Notes under the pieces: generated by a model
Told to the model about the DNA's origin: nothing
The model's input: only the letters and a program-made list of their open reading frames with translations
Database searches by the model: none
Program-made: the position numbers and the translations under genes
Source: Desulfobulbaceae bacterium
GTDB taxonomy: Bacteria > Desulfobacterota > Desulfobulbia > Desulfobulbales > SURF-16
DNA length: 64,000 bases
Direction: 5' to 3'
Assembly (NCBI GenBank): GCA_003249165.1
Contig: QKJV01000098.1
Span: forward strand, 19,793-83,792
Shown here: piece by piece, positions 18,513 to 28,063 of the stretch
How positions within the stretch are numbered: position 1 is the first letter of the stretch
Layout: each line of letters starts with the position of its first letter

Positions 18513-20024
18513 ATGCAAAGGTCTCTGCTTGTCGGCAACGGACTCGACATTCAGCTTGGCGGGAATGATTTCTTGAACAAGTGGATTCTTGTTCGTCTAT
18601 TAGCTGACGTAAAATCAGGAAAATACGATGAACTGTTCAGAGACAAAGAAAGCACATCTCCTTCGATATCTGGCGACGAACTTGTGGCTCTTTTCATGGA
18701 AATGCCATCACTAGCAAATAAAGCCCGTAGGTGTGGCTTTGATTCTTTAATAGATGCTGCCAAAGAGTCAGAAATTGTGGCTGCTTTAGTAGATTTTAAA
18801 GCAAAGTACACATGGGATGTAACAAGTCCGGAACAAATCGGCTTAGAAGATTGGCTGCTTTTGTTGCGCCTATTCTTGCAGGAACAAGCTGATTTGTTAC
18901 CGCTATTTGGCTCTATGAAACAAGGGTTTGAACGAGTTATCCTTGATAGTATCTACTGTAATGGTATGATTCAGCAAATTCATAAAAATGCCTGTAAAAA
19001 AGCAAAAGAATTTTTTTGTGGATTCGATTCACTGTTTACACTGAACTATGATAACAATCTCGAAAAACTCTCTGGGAAGCCAGTTTATCATTTGCATGGT
19101 GATTTTGAAACGGTGGCTTTGAGCGAGAACCCTAATACTGCATATGGCTTTTTAAGAAAACAGAGGGGCGAAACCGTCTACTTCCCGCCAAATTTCCAGC
19201 ATTGTAATTGTAATACGATACTCGATTACAGCGGAGATAATAAGTATAAACTTGCTGCGGCTCTTTCTTCTGCGATACCAGAATTCGAAAAGCTGAAGTC
19301 GCTATATGATAACGACGGGGGCGAATTTAATAATTCCCTGTCAGAGTTTCCTCCTGAACAGCAGGAAATCATTATGGTTGGTATGGAGCAAAATTTACCG
19401 CTTGGCTACAACTATCATTTCAATGATTTGGAGATGCTTGCGGGTGAACTGACAATTATCGGCATAGCTCCCCAGAACGATCGACATCTGTTCGAGTTGA
19501 TAAATAGAAGCAATCTCAATAAGGTTTTGTTTTATCATTTATTCCCCCCGGATGACGAACCTGCTCCGGTATTGCCAATTTGCAAACCTTACGAAGTCAA
19601 GAATGTCAGTAATCTTTGGGCGGATATCAAATTGCAGAAACCGATGTATCTGAGTGCAACTGGTAAAGATTTCTACTTTAAATCAATAAATAATAGAGCG
19701 GAGACGCAAAAGTTCGTGGATGTTTTTAATGCGTTTGAGACGGCTGCAAACGCAATAAGCATTGCGGATCTCTTAGAACAGCTTAAATCCATACCTAAGG
19801 AAACAGAAAAATCGATTATTAACATGATGAAAGCTGAAATTCAAAAGGGTAAATACCACACATCACCAGAAACAGCAGAGGCACAATATAAACAGTTTCG
19901 AGGATTTGGAAGGACGCTTGTTACCTCTTCGTTAAGCCCGCAAACCCTGTATTTCTTATATATCTCTAATATTCGGAATAACAAGGCAAAAGCAACTATA
20001 AAGCGCAAAAAGAAAAAGAAATAA
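18513..20024 (+). CDS. AbiH/DUF4917-like (SIR2-fold-like) putative abortive-infection protein
   Basis: LLVGNGLDIQLGG, FTLNYDNNLE and YHLHGDF follow the GNGF / TxNYD / LHG pattern of AbiH, DUF4917 and SIR2_2 families. I preferred the internal ATG at 18513 with RBS aaaggagag over the track start at 18378. Confidence 0.5.
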   Translation: MQRSLLVGNGLDIQLGGNDFLNKWILVRLLADVKSGKYDELFRDKESTSPSISGDELVALFMEMPSLANKARRCGFDSLIDAAKESEIVAALVDFKAKYTWDVTSPEQIGLEDWLLLLRLFLQEQADLLPLFGSMKQGFERVILDSIYCNGMIQQIHKNACKKAKEFFCGFDSLFTLNYDNNLEKLSGKPVYHLHGDFETVALSENPNTAYGFLRKQRGETVYFPPNFQHCNCNTILDYSGDNKYKLAAALSSAIPEFEKLKSLYDNDGGEFNNSLSEFPPEQQEIIMVGMEQNLPLGYNYHFNDLEMLAGELTIIGIAPQNDRHLFELINRSNLNKVLFYHLFPPDDEPAPVLPICKPYEVKNVSNLWADIKLQKPMYLSATGKDFYFKSINNRAETQKFVDVFNAFETAANAISIADLLEQLKSIPKETEKSIINMMKAEIQKGKYHTSPETAEAQYKQFRGFGRTLVTSSLSPQTLYFLYISNIRNNKAKATIKRKKKKK

Positions 20025-20249
20025 TATTTTAGCTATTTGGGGCGGTTTTTGTACTTCCTCCGGCGAAGAGCCTGTACTGAACCATTTAAAGCAGAGTGTG
20101 GTTGTAGAAGGTATAGCAACCATAAAAAATATCCGGTAACAAAGTGAATCCTGCCAACAGCATTGCCAGAGTATTCTTGTAAATCTTTGTAGCGTGTAGT
20201 CGCATGACATCACATAAATTTAAACACCAACTAAACACCAAAGGCTTCG

Positions 20250-20702
20250 TTACAGTGCCGAAAAGTCCCGTAGTATGGGGATTTCTGCTGTATCGAAGTC
20301 TTTTTTCTCGTAGAAAACGGGTATGCTCTTTTCCTTAAGCTGCCGGATGTATTTCAGGCAATCCAGGGTATTGCGGGCAAACCTGCTGATGGATTTTGTA
20401 ATGACCATGTCGATGCTGCCCGCCATGCACTCATCGATCATTCGGTTGAATTCTTCACGCTTCTTTGTATTTGTACCTGAGATGCCGTCATCTGCATAAA
20501 TTCCTGCCAGTGTCCAATCCGGATGGCCGTTGATGTAAGCTGTGTAATGCTCAATCTGCGCATCGTAGCTGGTAGCTTGTTCATCACTGTCGGTTGAAAC
20601 CCTACAGTAGGCAGCAACACGGAGTTTTGGCTTTTCTTCATCACTATCTTTTCGGATATGCTTCCTTGCTGGAAGCACCGTAACAGTTCTATTTGTTGCC
20701 AA
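20250..20702 (-). pseudogene. Truncated large serine recombinase (catalytic resolvase domain only)
   Basis: [15 protein letters not shown]...SISRFARNT...[11 protein letters not shown] parallels the intact copies at 46808 and 50335. It then diverges ([10 protein letters not shown]-stop) with no recombinase or zinc-ribbon domains. Confidence 0.75.
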
Positions 20703-20916
20703 TTGTTTACACCTCGCTTTCTATTAGGCTATCATCTGCTGCGCAGCTCCGTGGACTTGTCTGTGCCTTATACATTCGTTTCACCTCCTTGGAAGGAGCG
20801 CTTGTCGTTTTGCTCTTTCCACTACCCAATGGAGGTGAAAATGCTGTTTGAACGAAAATCGAGAAAAGTTTTTCTCCGGCCCCCTAAAAAGGCAGCCGGA
20901 GAATGATGGTGCGGTA

Positions 20917-21438
20917 TCAGATGTAGTCGTGCAGGAGCTCTCGCAAAGTGTCAAATGCTTTTTTCTTTTTGTAGTTGATAGTGGATTGCTGAGAAATGCC
21001 CATGATGGCAGCTATCTCTCGTTCCGTCTTATCCTGAAGCAAAAGTTCACAGATGCGGCGACCATCAGGGTCGAGCTTGTCCAGCTTGCATAGAAGGGCG
21101 TCCAGTAGTTCGCGCTCTTCCAAAACTGACTGAGCGCTGGGAGAATCGTCTGGTAAGTCATCGAGCCAGCTTTTTTCGTTACCATCCTCGTCCGAAACGG
21201 TGTAGTCAAGGGAAAGCTCATCCCCACCTTTGCGAAAACGGCAGGTGCAGCAGTCCATGTCGCAGAGATAGCGCTTGCTTGCAGGGCAGACACAGCGGCC
21301 ATGTTCTTGTTGCCTACGACGATAGGCATTGATGTCACGGTAATAGTTGTCATAGTCGATTTTGCTGATAGACACCCATTGGTGCAGGTCTTTGAGGTAG
21401 ATTGCGCGTTCGGTGGGTTGATTGTCTTGGGTTTTCAT
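20917..21438 (-). CDS. Sigma-70 region-4-like HTH protein with a Cys-rich N-terminus (mobile-element type)
   Basis: C-terminal RRICELLLQDKTEREIAAIMGISQQSTINYKKKKAFDTLRE is a region 4.2-like HTH. Cys cluster CVCP...CDMDCCTC. Sits upstream of the recombinase remnant, as in the 44876/46808 arrangement. Confidence 0.6.
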   Translation of the reverse strand: MKTQDNQPTERAIYLKDLHQWVSISKIDYDNYYRDINAYRRRQQEHGRCVCPASKRYLCDMDCCTCRFRKGGDELSLDYTVSDEDGNEKSWLDDLPDDSPSAQSVLEERELLDALLCKLDKLDPDGRRICELLLQDKTEREIAAIMGISQQSTINYKKKKAFDTLRELLHDYI

Positions 21439-21522
21439 TTAGATTTCCTCCTGTGATTTGAATTGCGTGAGCAATCGCAGGGAGGAAACATGTTGAAAAA
21501 TGTAAAATTTACCATTATGTCA

Positions 21523-21551
21523 TTGAATTTCGGTTTACTACGTGATATAAT
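21523..21551 (+). promoter_or_regulatory. Putative sigma-A promoter (TTGAAT-17-TATAAT with extended -10 TG)
   Basis: TTGAAT at 21523-21528, 17-nt spacer, TGaTATAAT ending at 21551. About 190 nt upstream of the 21743 ORF. Confidence 0.45.
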
Positions 21552-21742
21552 GGTTTAGTTGGGTTTGGTGGGAGTTACGAAAGTAAGTAACCTGCACCGG
21601 CTTTGCTGTATCCAGAAGCAATAAAAAATGCCCCTGCGATTTCTCACAAGGACATGAAATTGTTCGCCGAGTTCGCCAGCCATACTTCGTTTGGTTGCTT
21701 GGAGTTCGCCGAGTTAGTTTTTTTGAAATATGGTGAAAATCT

Positions 21743-22675
21743 ATGACAAACACTTTAAAACAGCGCCTTTGCGGCGGTACTTTTTTCACATTATTTTTAC
21801 GCGCCAGAAAGCCCTTGCGTGGAGCAAATGAATATTATGCAGGGACTCCAGAGCCATATTCCGAACCCATAGCTCTGTTTGCCTTATCTAAGGTGATAGT
21901 TCCTGATTGGAAGAGCATATTTGTATACGCCGATAGCACAGTTAGTGGTAATACTTCGGAATATAAGACCTGTAACAATGAAGGCGGCTCAATATACCCT
22001 TTTGGTGATGGTGCAGCGCTGACTGCATTCAATGCACGAATCAAAGAAAACTATCCTTCTGTATTAGCCGAAATGTGCAAGGTTATAGGCTTGCTCGTTG
22101 ACACCGGCAGCATGAGAAAAGATGAGCGCTTTGTTAAAGAGCTTTTAGCCTTGATTGCAGTCGATGATTCCATCGGGGATAGTCAACCTTTCTTTGCTCT
22201 GGAAAGCGGCGATACTATAACAAAATCCGATCTCCTCAAAGCAACAGGTGTTTGCTTACAATCATTTTTATTAGGTGTTTGGCATTTCGCAGTAACCCGT
22301 TCGGAAAAGAACACTTTTGGTAAGGAAACAATCGATCTATGGTGTCCTTCAACCGGGGGTGGAAAGCGCGAATACAAAGGTAACCTTGCAAACCTCATAA
22401 CAAGGAATATCACGCTAACCTATCGTGAACCATTTGAGGAAAGTGCAGATTCCGAAATTGTTGATGAGCCCTTGGTGGATGAGCCTATGACAAGTGATGA
22501 ACCTCATAGCGAGGAACAATCGACAGAAAAAGAACCTGCCGCATCCAATTTGACGCAGCAGGTTATAAACAACAATCCGACATTCTTCAATTTCAACATA
22601 TCAGGCAATAACAACAGCTTCTATAACAGGGTAGATACAGTAAATATTAAGAACGGAGGGCAAAAAGATGAGTGA
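21743..22675 (+). CDS. Hypothetical protein (acidic DEP-repeat linker, Asn-rich C-terminus)
   Basis: Long ORF with no motif I recognise. Overlaps the next ORF by 8 nt. The start codon is uncertain. Confidence 0.4.
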   Translation: MTNTLKQRLCGGTFFTLFLRARKPLRGANEYYAGTPEPYSEPIALFALSKVIVPDWKSIFVYADSTVSGNTSEYKTCNNEGGSIYPFGDGAALTAFNARIKENYPSVLAEMCKVIGLLVDTGSMRKDERFVKELLALIAVDDSIGDSQPFFALESGDTITKSDLLKATGVCLQSFLLGVWHFAVTRSEKNTFGKETIDLWCPSTGGGKREYKGNLANLITRNITLTYREPFEESADSEIVDEPLVDEPMTSDEPHSEEQSTEKEPAASNLTQQVINNNPTFFNFNISGNNNSFYNRVDTVNIKNGGQKDE

Positions 22676-23294
22676 GAAACTTCAGCCGATCTCATCGGCC
22701 TTCCTTCCGTCGAACGGCGCATCGGCTAATATAACTCTACCCGGCGACGGGAACACATTGATTGCCCAGGCCAATGTGGTAAACATGAAAAGCGTGTACA
22801 TTCCTGTTGTTCAGGCAAACGGTGTAACACTTCCGACAAGACGGACTGTGAATGAGGATTATTATAATCTTTTCGTTATTGGCGATGAAACATTTACTGG
22901 AGGATATTTTATCGTACCGAAGAAGTGTGCATTAACTGAAAGCATAGCGCCAGAATTGAAAGCCTTGTATGCTAAGCTCGATATGAATGCCATTGCAGCA
23001 ATCAAAACTTTCCCAGCCATATTCGCAAGCAAAAATCATCAGTATTGTTGTGCGGGAGTGAATCAAGAGGCATACCTCGGATTTGTAAATGATATAAGCA
23101 TTCAGGACAACGGTATTAAGGTTTCTTTTCATCTACTGTATGCAATTCCCCAGAGAAGATTGAATGAACTTGCTTGTGAGATTTCTATTGACTGTGCTTC
23201 AGCGTTCAACGAATTCGACAATACGCATTGGACAATTAAGCGGATAAACATTATAGAAAAACTGCGTAAAGCAGGCATAGACACACTCCTTTAA
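22668..23294 (+). CDS. Hypothetical protein
   Basis: Long ORF translationally coupled to the preceding one. No recognisable motif. Confidence 0.4.
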   Translation: MSEKLQPISSAFLPSNGASANITLPGDGNTLIAQANVVNMKSVYIPVVQANGVTLPTRRTVNEDYYNLFVIGDETFTGGYFIVPKKCALTESIAPELKALYAKLDMNAIAAIKTFPAIFASKNHQYCCAGVNQEAYLGFVNDISIQDNGIKVSFHLLYAIPQRRLNELACEISIDCASAFNEFDNTHWTIKRINIIEKLRKAGIDTLL

Positions 23295-23342
23295 GATAAA
23301 TAGCCGCACAGAAACTCGATATACACATTATGGAGGTTCAAT

Positions 23343-23543
23343 ATGAGTAACGAGAAAGAAAACAGTGTTCCTGAAAAATGGGTAAACCTTGAGGATGTTG
23401 CAGAACATCTCAGCGTTAGCAAGGACACCGTCCGCACATGGATGCGGGAAGGTAAACTCCCCATTAACAAAGCTGGGAAGAGATACAAGTTCAAAATTTC
23501 CGAAGTTGATGAATGGGTACGAAAAGGAAAAATCAAAGATTAA
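23343..23543 (+). CDS. Excisionase/MerR-type small HTH DNA-binding protein
   Basis: WVNLEDVAEHLSVSKDTVRTWMREGKLPINKAGKRYKFKISEVDEWV matches the excisionase-family HTH pattern. Confidence 0.75.
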   Translation: MSNEKENSVPEKWVNLEDVAEHLSVSKDTVRTWMREGKLPINKAGKRYKFKISEVDEWVRKGKIKD

Positions 23544-23600
23544 TAGGCAATAAATGATATTTCGTAAATACCGACCAATCTCGGTGGAAGGAGAAAAATT

Positions 23601-25877
23601 ATGACGCCAAAAATGTCATCCGCAATCAAAAAAATAACGCTCAATACCCCCACCTTCAACGGAGACGTGGTTGAGCCGACATTTATTAATTTCTTTTACG
23701 GCAGAAACGGCGCTGGCAAATCCACGATAGCACAGGCTATCGGCGCAAATACCGGCCTACTTTGGCAGGACGGCAAGTCAGCGGCGGATTATGATATTTT
23801 GGTTTATGACCAAGACTTCATCAACAACAACCTGCAGAATTACGGGAACCTCGCAGGCGTGTTTACTGTATGTGATACAAATATCGAAATTCAAAAACAG
23901 GTGGAACAGAAAACGGCTGAAAGAGCCTCATTTGATGAGCAGTACCGTACTCTTACCACTGCAGCGGGAAGCAAACAGGATGCTATGACCGCCTCTTTGA
24001 GCACTTTTCAGAATGCTTGTTGGGAAAAGTCGAAGTCGATTCGGGACGCATTCGATGAGGCGATGAAGGGCAAAAAGCGAATTAACTTGTTCGCAGAATC
24101 TGTTTTATCCGTTCCGACACCCGCTGAGCATGACTTAGCCGCGCTGAAAAAAATGTACGATATTGCATTCGATACTTCAGCAACAGTATATAAGCTCTTT
24201 TCCAGAGCTGGCAGCTCCACCACATATGGAAAGTTACCCGGAAAAGACCTCATGGATAAAGCCATTGTAGGTAGTAGTGAGTCAACATTCACGGCATTTA
24301 TGAAGGCCCTTCATGCAACCGACTGGGTACGGCAAGGACACGATCACTATGTGGCTGGAGCCGACGGAAAATGTCCGTTCTGCCAGCAGAAACTACCGGC
24401 GGGTTTTGATGATGAAATTGCGGCTTGTTTTGATGCACAGTACCAGCAAGACATTGACGATATTACGGAATTTCAAGCTACATATTCACGTGAGACGGGT
24501 GCCATTTTAGACACGCTCCAAACAAACCTGCAGGATGTGCTTGCTACCGTAGATTTGGTGGAATACAAGGATAAAATTGCACTATTAAAAAGCAGTATCG
24601 AAATCAACAAGCAGCGCATCTCCGGTAAAGTTAAGGAACCCACCTCTATCGTGGCGCTTGAGGATACGGATTCACTGCTCATAGAAATAGGCACTCTCAT
24701 TGATGATATCAACCGCCAGATCAAGGCCAACAACGATGTCGTAAATGACAAGAAGGCGAAAAAGGCAGCTTGTGTCAATCAGGTGTGGGAGCATCTTGCT
24801 TTCATGTTGAGCCGTGATGTCGCTACTTATAAGGCTGAACAGGCAAAGCTAAAAAAAGAAGCTGATGACCTGACAGCCAAAGCGACTGCTGCACGTCGCG
24901 CTTTTAATGCCGCAACGGGCGATATTGCCGAACTTAACAAACAGGTAGTCAATACCCAAGCAGCTATTGCCAGCATAAACGCTTTACTAAAAGACTCCGG
25001 ATTTCAAGGCTTCAGCCTCCGTGAGAAGACGGGAGTTCCGAATGTGTATGAGGTTGTACGTGAAGACGGAAGCATTGCGGTAAAGTTGAGTGAAGGTGAG
25101 CGTAATTTTATTGCATTTTTGTACTTCTACAACCTTGTTCGTGGCAGCCATAGCAGCGAAGAAGTAAAGGACAAAATCGTGGTTATCGACGACCCGGTTT
25201 CCAGTATGGACAGCAACACACTGTTTATTGTTAGTGCTATCATTCGAGAAATGGTCGAAGTTTGCTATAACAACACCGACTATCGCGACAACACGGTTCA
25301 GGGCGACTACATCAAACAGATATTCATTCTGACGCACAATGTGTATTTTCATAGGGAGATTACCTATCGGCAGGTCAGTCGCTACAAGAGCGTGTCATTT
25401 TACATGATACATAAAACAGACAACGTGTCGACAGTCAAGCTCTGTGACAAAGAGAGTGAAGGATGTCCGACTGAAAAAGAAAATTACAACCCGGTTCAAA
25501 ACTCATATGCGGCTCTGTGGGATGAATTCAGAGTATTGAAGTCCACAATACCGCTGCTCAATGTAATACGGCGTATTTTGGAGTATTATTTTCTGCAGCT
25601 TTGCGGATACGAGGGAACGGACATCCGTAAGGTTGTTTTGGAAAAGAACAAAGATAAATTTGTCACCCCGGTGGAAGGCGGTCAGCCGGATTATGAGAAA
25701 TACCAGCTGGCTTCGTCGATGCTGACATATATCAATAACCCGCAGGGTATCAGCGATGGTTTGAACTATGTCGAAGATTGCGTCGATGCCGGGCAATACA
25801 AAACAGTTTTCAAGCTTATCTTTGATTCGCTTGGACAGATACAGCATTACAATATGATGATGGGGCAAGAGGCATAA
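23601..25877 (+). CDS. AAA_13-type ABC ATPase with a coiled-coil CxxC hook and a PrrC/RloC-like C-terminal domain (putative anticodon nuclease)
   Basis: Walker A GRNGAGKST, coiled-coil insert with KCPFCQQ, LSEGERNF signature, Walker B VVIDDPVSSMD, H-loop LTHN. C-terminal NVIRRILEYYF resembles the R-x3-E of PrrC-type ACNase. Sits directly upstream of hsdM. Confidence 0.55.
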   Translation: MTPKMSSAIKKITLNTPTFNGDVVEPTFINFFYGRNGAGKSTIAQAIGANTGLLWQDGKSAADYDILVYDQDFINNNLQNYGNLAGVFTVCDTNIEIQKQVEQKTAERASFDEQYRTLTTAAGSKQDAMTASLSTFQNACWEKSKSIRDAFDEAMKGKKRINLFAESVLSVPTPAEHDLAALKKMYDIAFDTSATVYKLFSRAGSSTTYGKLPGKDLMDKAIVGSSESTFTAFMKALHATDWVRQGHDHYVAGADGKCPFCQQKLPAGFDDEIAACFDAQYQQDIDDITEFQATYSRETGAILDTLQTNLQDVLATVDLVEYKDKIALLKSSIEINKQRISGKVKEPTSIVALEDTDSLLIEIGTLIDDINRQIKANNDVVNDKKAKKAACVNQVWEHLAFMLSRDVATYKAEQAKLKKEADDLTAKATAARRAFNAATGDIAELNKQVVNTQAAIASINALLKDSGFQGFSLREKTGVPNVYEVVREDGSIAVKLSEGERNFIAFLYFYNLVRGSHSSEEVKDKIVVIDDPVSSMDSNTLFIVSAIIREMVEVCYNNTDYRDNTVQGDYIKQIFILTHNVYFHREITYRQVSRYKSVSFYMIHKTDNVSTVKLCDKESEGCPTEKENYNPVQNSYAALWDEFRVLKSTIPLLNVIRRILEYYFLQLCGYEGTDIRKVVLEKNKDKFVTPVEGGQPDYEKYQLASSMLTYINNPQGISDGLNYVEDCVDAGQYKTVFKLIFDSLGQIQHYNMMMGQEA

Positions 25878-25945
25878 GCCCCTCTCATGGGACAGCCAAT
25901 GGCGTAGAATGATAACGGGCAAAAAGCCTGAGTGGAGGAAATTTT

Positions 25946-28051
25946 ATGGTTGATAAGCAAATAATAGATGCAATGTGGGATGATTCCCCCATTGATGTGT
26001 CTACAGAGGTAAACTTTATCTGGTCGATCGCAAACAAGCTGCGCGGTCCGTACCAGAGCGATAAATATAAGGATGTCATCATACCGATGACCGTCATCCG
26101 CCGTTTTGAGTGCGCTCTTGCACCTACCAAAAAGGCGGTCGTTGATCAGTTTAATGCCAATCCGAGCTATCCGCCGAAAGCGATGTATCGCATCTCCGGC
26201 TTTCAGTTCTACAATACCAGCGGTTATGATCTCGCTGAGCTGGTGAACGATGCCGACCACATTGCCGCCAATTTCAAAAGCTATATTCAGGGCTTTTCAC
26301 CTAATGTGCAGGAAATTCTGCTGTCAGCCGAAAAGGGTCTGGATTTCTATAAGCAAATCGACAAGATGGATAAAAACAATCGCTTGCTCAGTGTTGTCAA
26401 GGCGTTTTCAGAACTCGACTTGAACCCTCGTACCATCGACAACGTGAAAATGGGATACATATTCGAGGAGCTCATACGTAAATTCTCTGAAAATGCCGAG
26501 GCTGGCGACCACTACACGGGCAGAGATATCATTAAGACGATGGTCAATATTCTGCTGGCAGAGGGCTGCGACGACATTTTTGATGATGGCAAGGTTATCA
26601 CGATACTCGACCAAGCCTGCGGCACAGGCGGTATGCTTTCTACTGGCTATAACTTCATTAAACGTTATAACCCCTCTGCCGACGTCCGGCTTTTTGGGCA
26701 GGAAATCAACCCGGAATCTTATGCGATGTGCCTTTCCGAAATGCTCATTAAAGGTCAGAACTCCGAGAACATCTGTTATCAAGACACCATGAAAGCCGAC
26801 TGCTTCAAGGGAACAGCGATGCGTTTCGTGCTCGAAAATCCGCCGTTCGGTACTGCGTGGGGTGGCAAGGACGCTGCCGAGGGCGTTGAAACTGCAGTAA
26901 ATGATGAATTCAAGAAGGGCTATGACGGACGCTGGGGTGCGGGGCTTCCCGGTTCCGGTGATATGCAGATGCTGTTTTTACAGTCTGCAATTGACAAAAT
27001 GGACAAGCATAACGGACGCGCTGCCATCATTCAAAACGGCAGTCCTCTGTTTTCCGGTGGCACTGCTTCTGGCGAGAGCCAGATCCGCCGCTGGCTACTG
27101 CAAAGCGACCTGATTGAAGCAATAATTGCGCTGCCGACAGATCTTTTTTACAATACCGGCATCGCTACATATATTTGGGTGTTATCGAAAAATAAGCGCG
27201 CCGAGCGCAAGGGTAAAATTCAGCTCATTGACGCTTCCAGCATTTTTCATAAGCTCCGTAAAGCTCTGGGGAACAAGAAAAACGAGATTGCCCCGGAAGA
27301 CCGCTCCGACATTACACGGTTGTATGCGGACTTCAAAGAAAACGAGCTATGCAAAATCTATAACAACGAAGAATTCATTTATCGAGAGTATACCGTGATG
27401 CAACCGCTCCAACGTAGCTATGCCATCACTGAAGAACGCATCCAGCAGATGCTTTCAAAAGGCGCACTCAGTTCTTTATATGACGAGGGCAAAGTCAGCG
27501 AACTGGAAAATTCCGAAGAAGAGCTGTCCGGCAAGGACGTAAAGAAGTTGGAGAACTATCAGAACAACAAGCCTGTGTTTGATAGCATAGTTGCCGCACT
27601 GGAAGCCGCCGTTTCTGAGGAAGTCTACCTTTCCCCGGCTGCGTTTCTGCCTGAGGTAACAAAGGTACTGTCTTCCGCAACTGCAGACAAGAAGCTAATT
27701 GAGAAAATTGCGGACGGTCTTTCCGTCATGGATAAGAACGCTGAAATTCAGCGTGACAGGAAGGGCGAAATCATCTATGACAAGGAATCGAAGGATACCG
27801 AAATTGTAAAATATGAGGAGGACATTGACACCTATATGGCGCGTGAAGTCCTGCCGCACATCCCCGATGCGAAAGCATTCTTCGAGGAAGATTTGAGCAA
27901 GAAAAAGCCGGTCATCAAGACCGGTGCGGAGATTCCATTTACCCGCTATTTTTACAAATATCAGCAGCCTACCCCCAGTGAAGAGCTGGAGGAACGCTTT
28001 ACTACGCTTGAGCAATCAATCAATGAGCGCGTAGCAAAGCTGTTCGATTAA
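25946..28051 (+). CDS. hsdM: Type I R-M methyltransferase subunit (long form, ~200-aa C-terminal extension)
   Basis: HsdM_N-like IWSIANKLRGPYQ, motif I LDQACGTGGML, motif IV LENPPFG. Confidence 0.9.
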   Translation: MVDKQIIDAMWDDSPIDVSTEVNFIWSIANKLRGPYQSDKYKDVIIPMTVIRRFECALAPTKKAVVDQFNANPSYPPKAMYRISGFQFYNTSGYDLAELVNDADHIAANFKSYIQGFSPNVQEILLSAEKGLDFYKQIDKMDKNNRLLSVVKAFSELDLNPRTIDNVKMGYIFEELIRKFSENAEAGDHYTGRDIIKTMVNILLAEGCDDIFDDGKVITILDQACGTGGMLSTGYNFIKRYNPSADVRLFGQEINPESYAMCLSEMLIKGQNSENICYQDTMKADCFKGTAMRFVLENPPFGTAWGGKDAAEGVETAVNDEFKKGYDGRWGAGLPGSGDMQMLFLQSAIDKMDKHNGRAAIIQNGSPLFSGGTASGESQIRRWLLQSDLIEAIIALPTDLFYNTGIATYIWVLSKNKRAERKGKIQLIDASSIFHKLRKALGNKKNEIAPEDRSDITRLYADFKENELCKIYNNEEFIYREYTVMQPLQRSYAITEERIQQMLSKGALSSLYDEGKVSELENSEEELSGKDVKKLENYQNNKPVFDSIVAALEAAVSEEVYLSPAAFLPEVTKVLSSATADKKLIEKIADGLSVMDKNAEIQRDRKGEIIYDKESKDTEIVKYEEDIDTYMAREVLPHIPDAKAFFEEDLSKKKPVIKTGAEIPFTRYFYKYQQPTPSEELEERFTTLEQSINERVAKLFD

Positions 28052-28063
28052 GGCGGTGATTTT

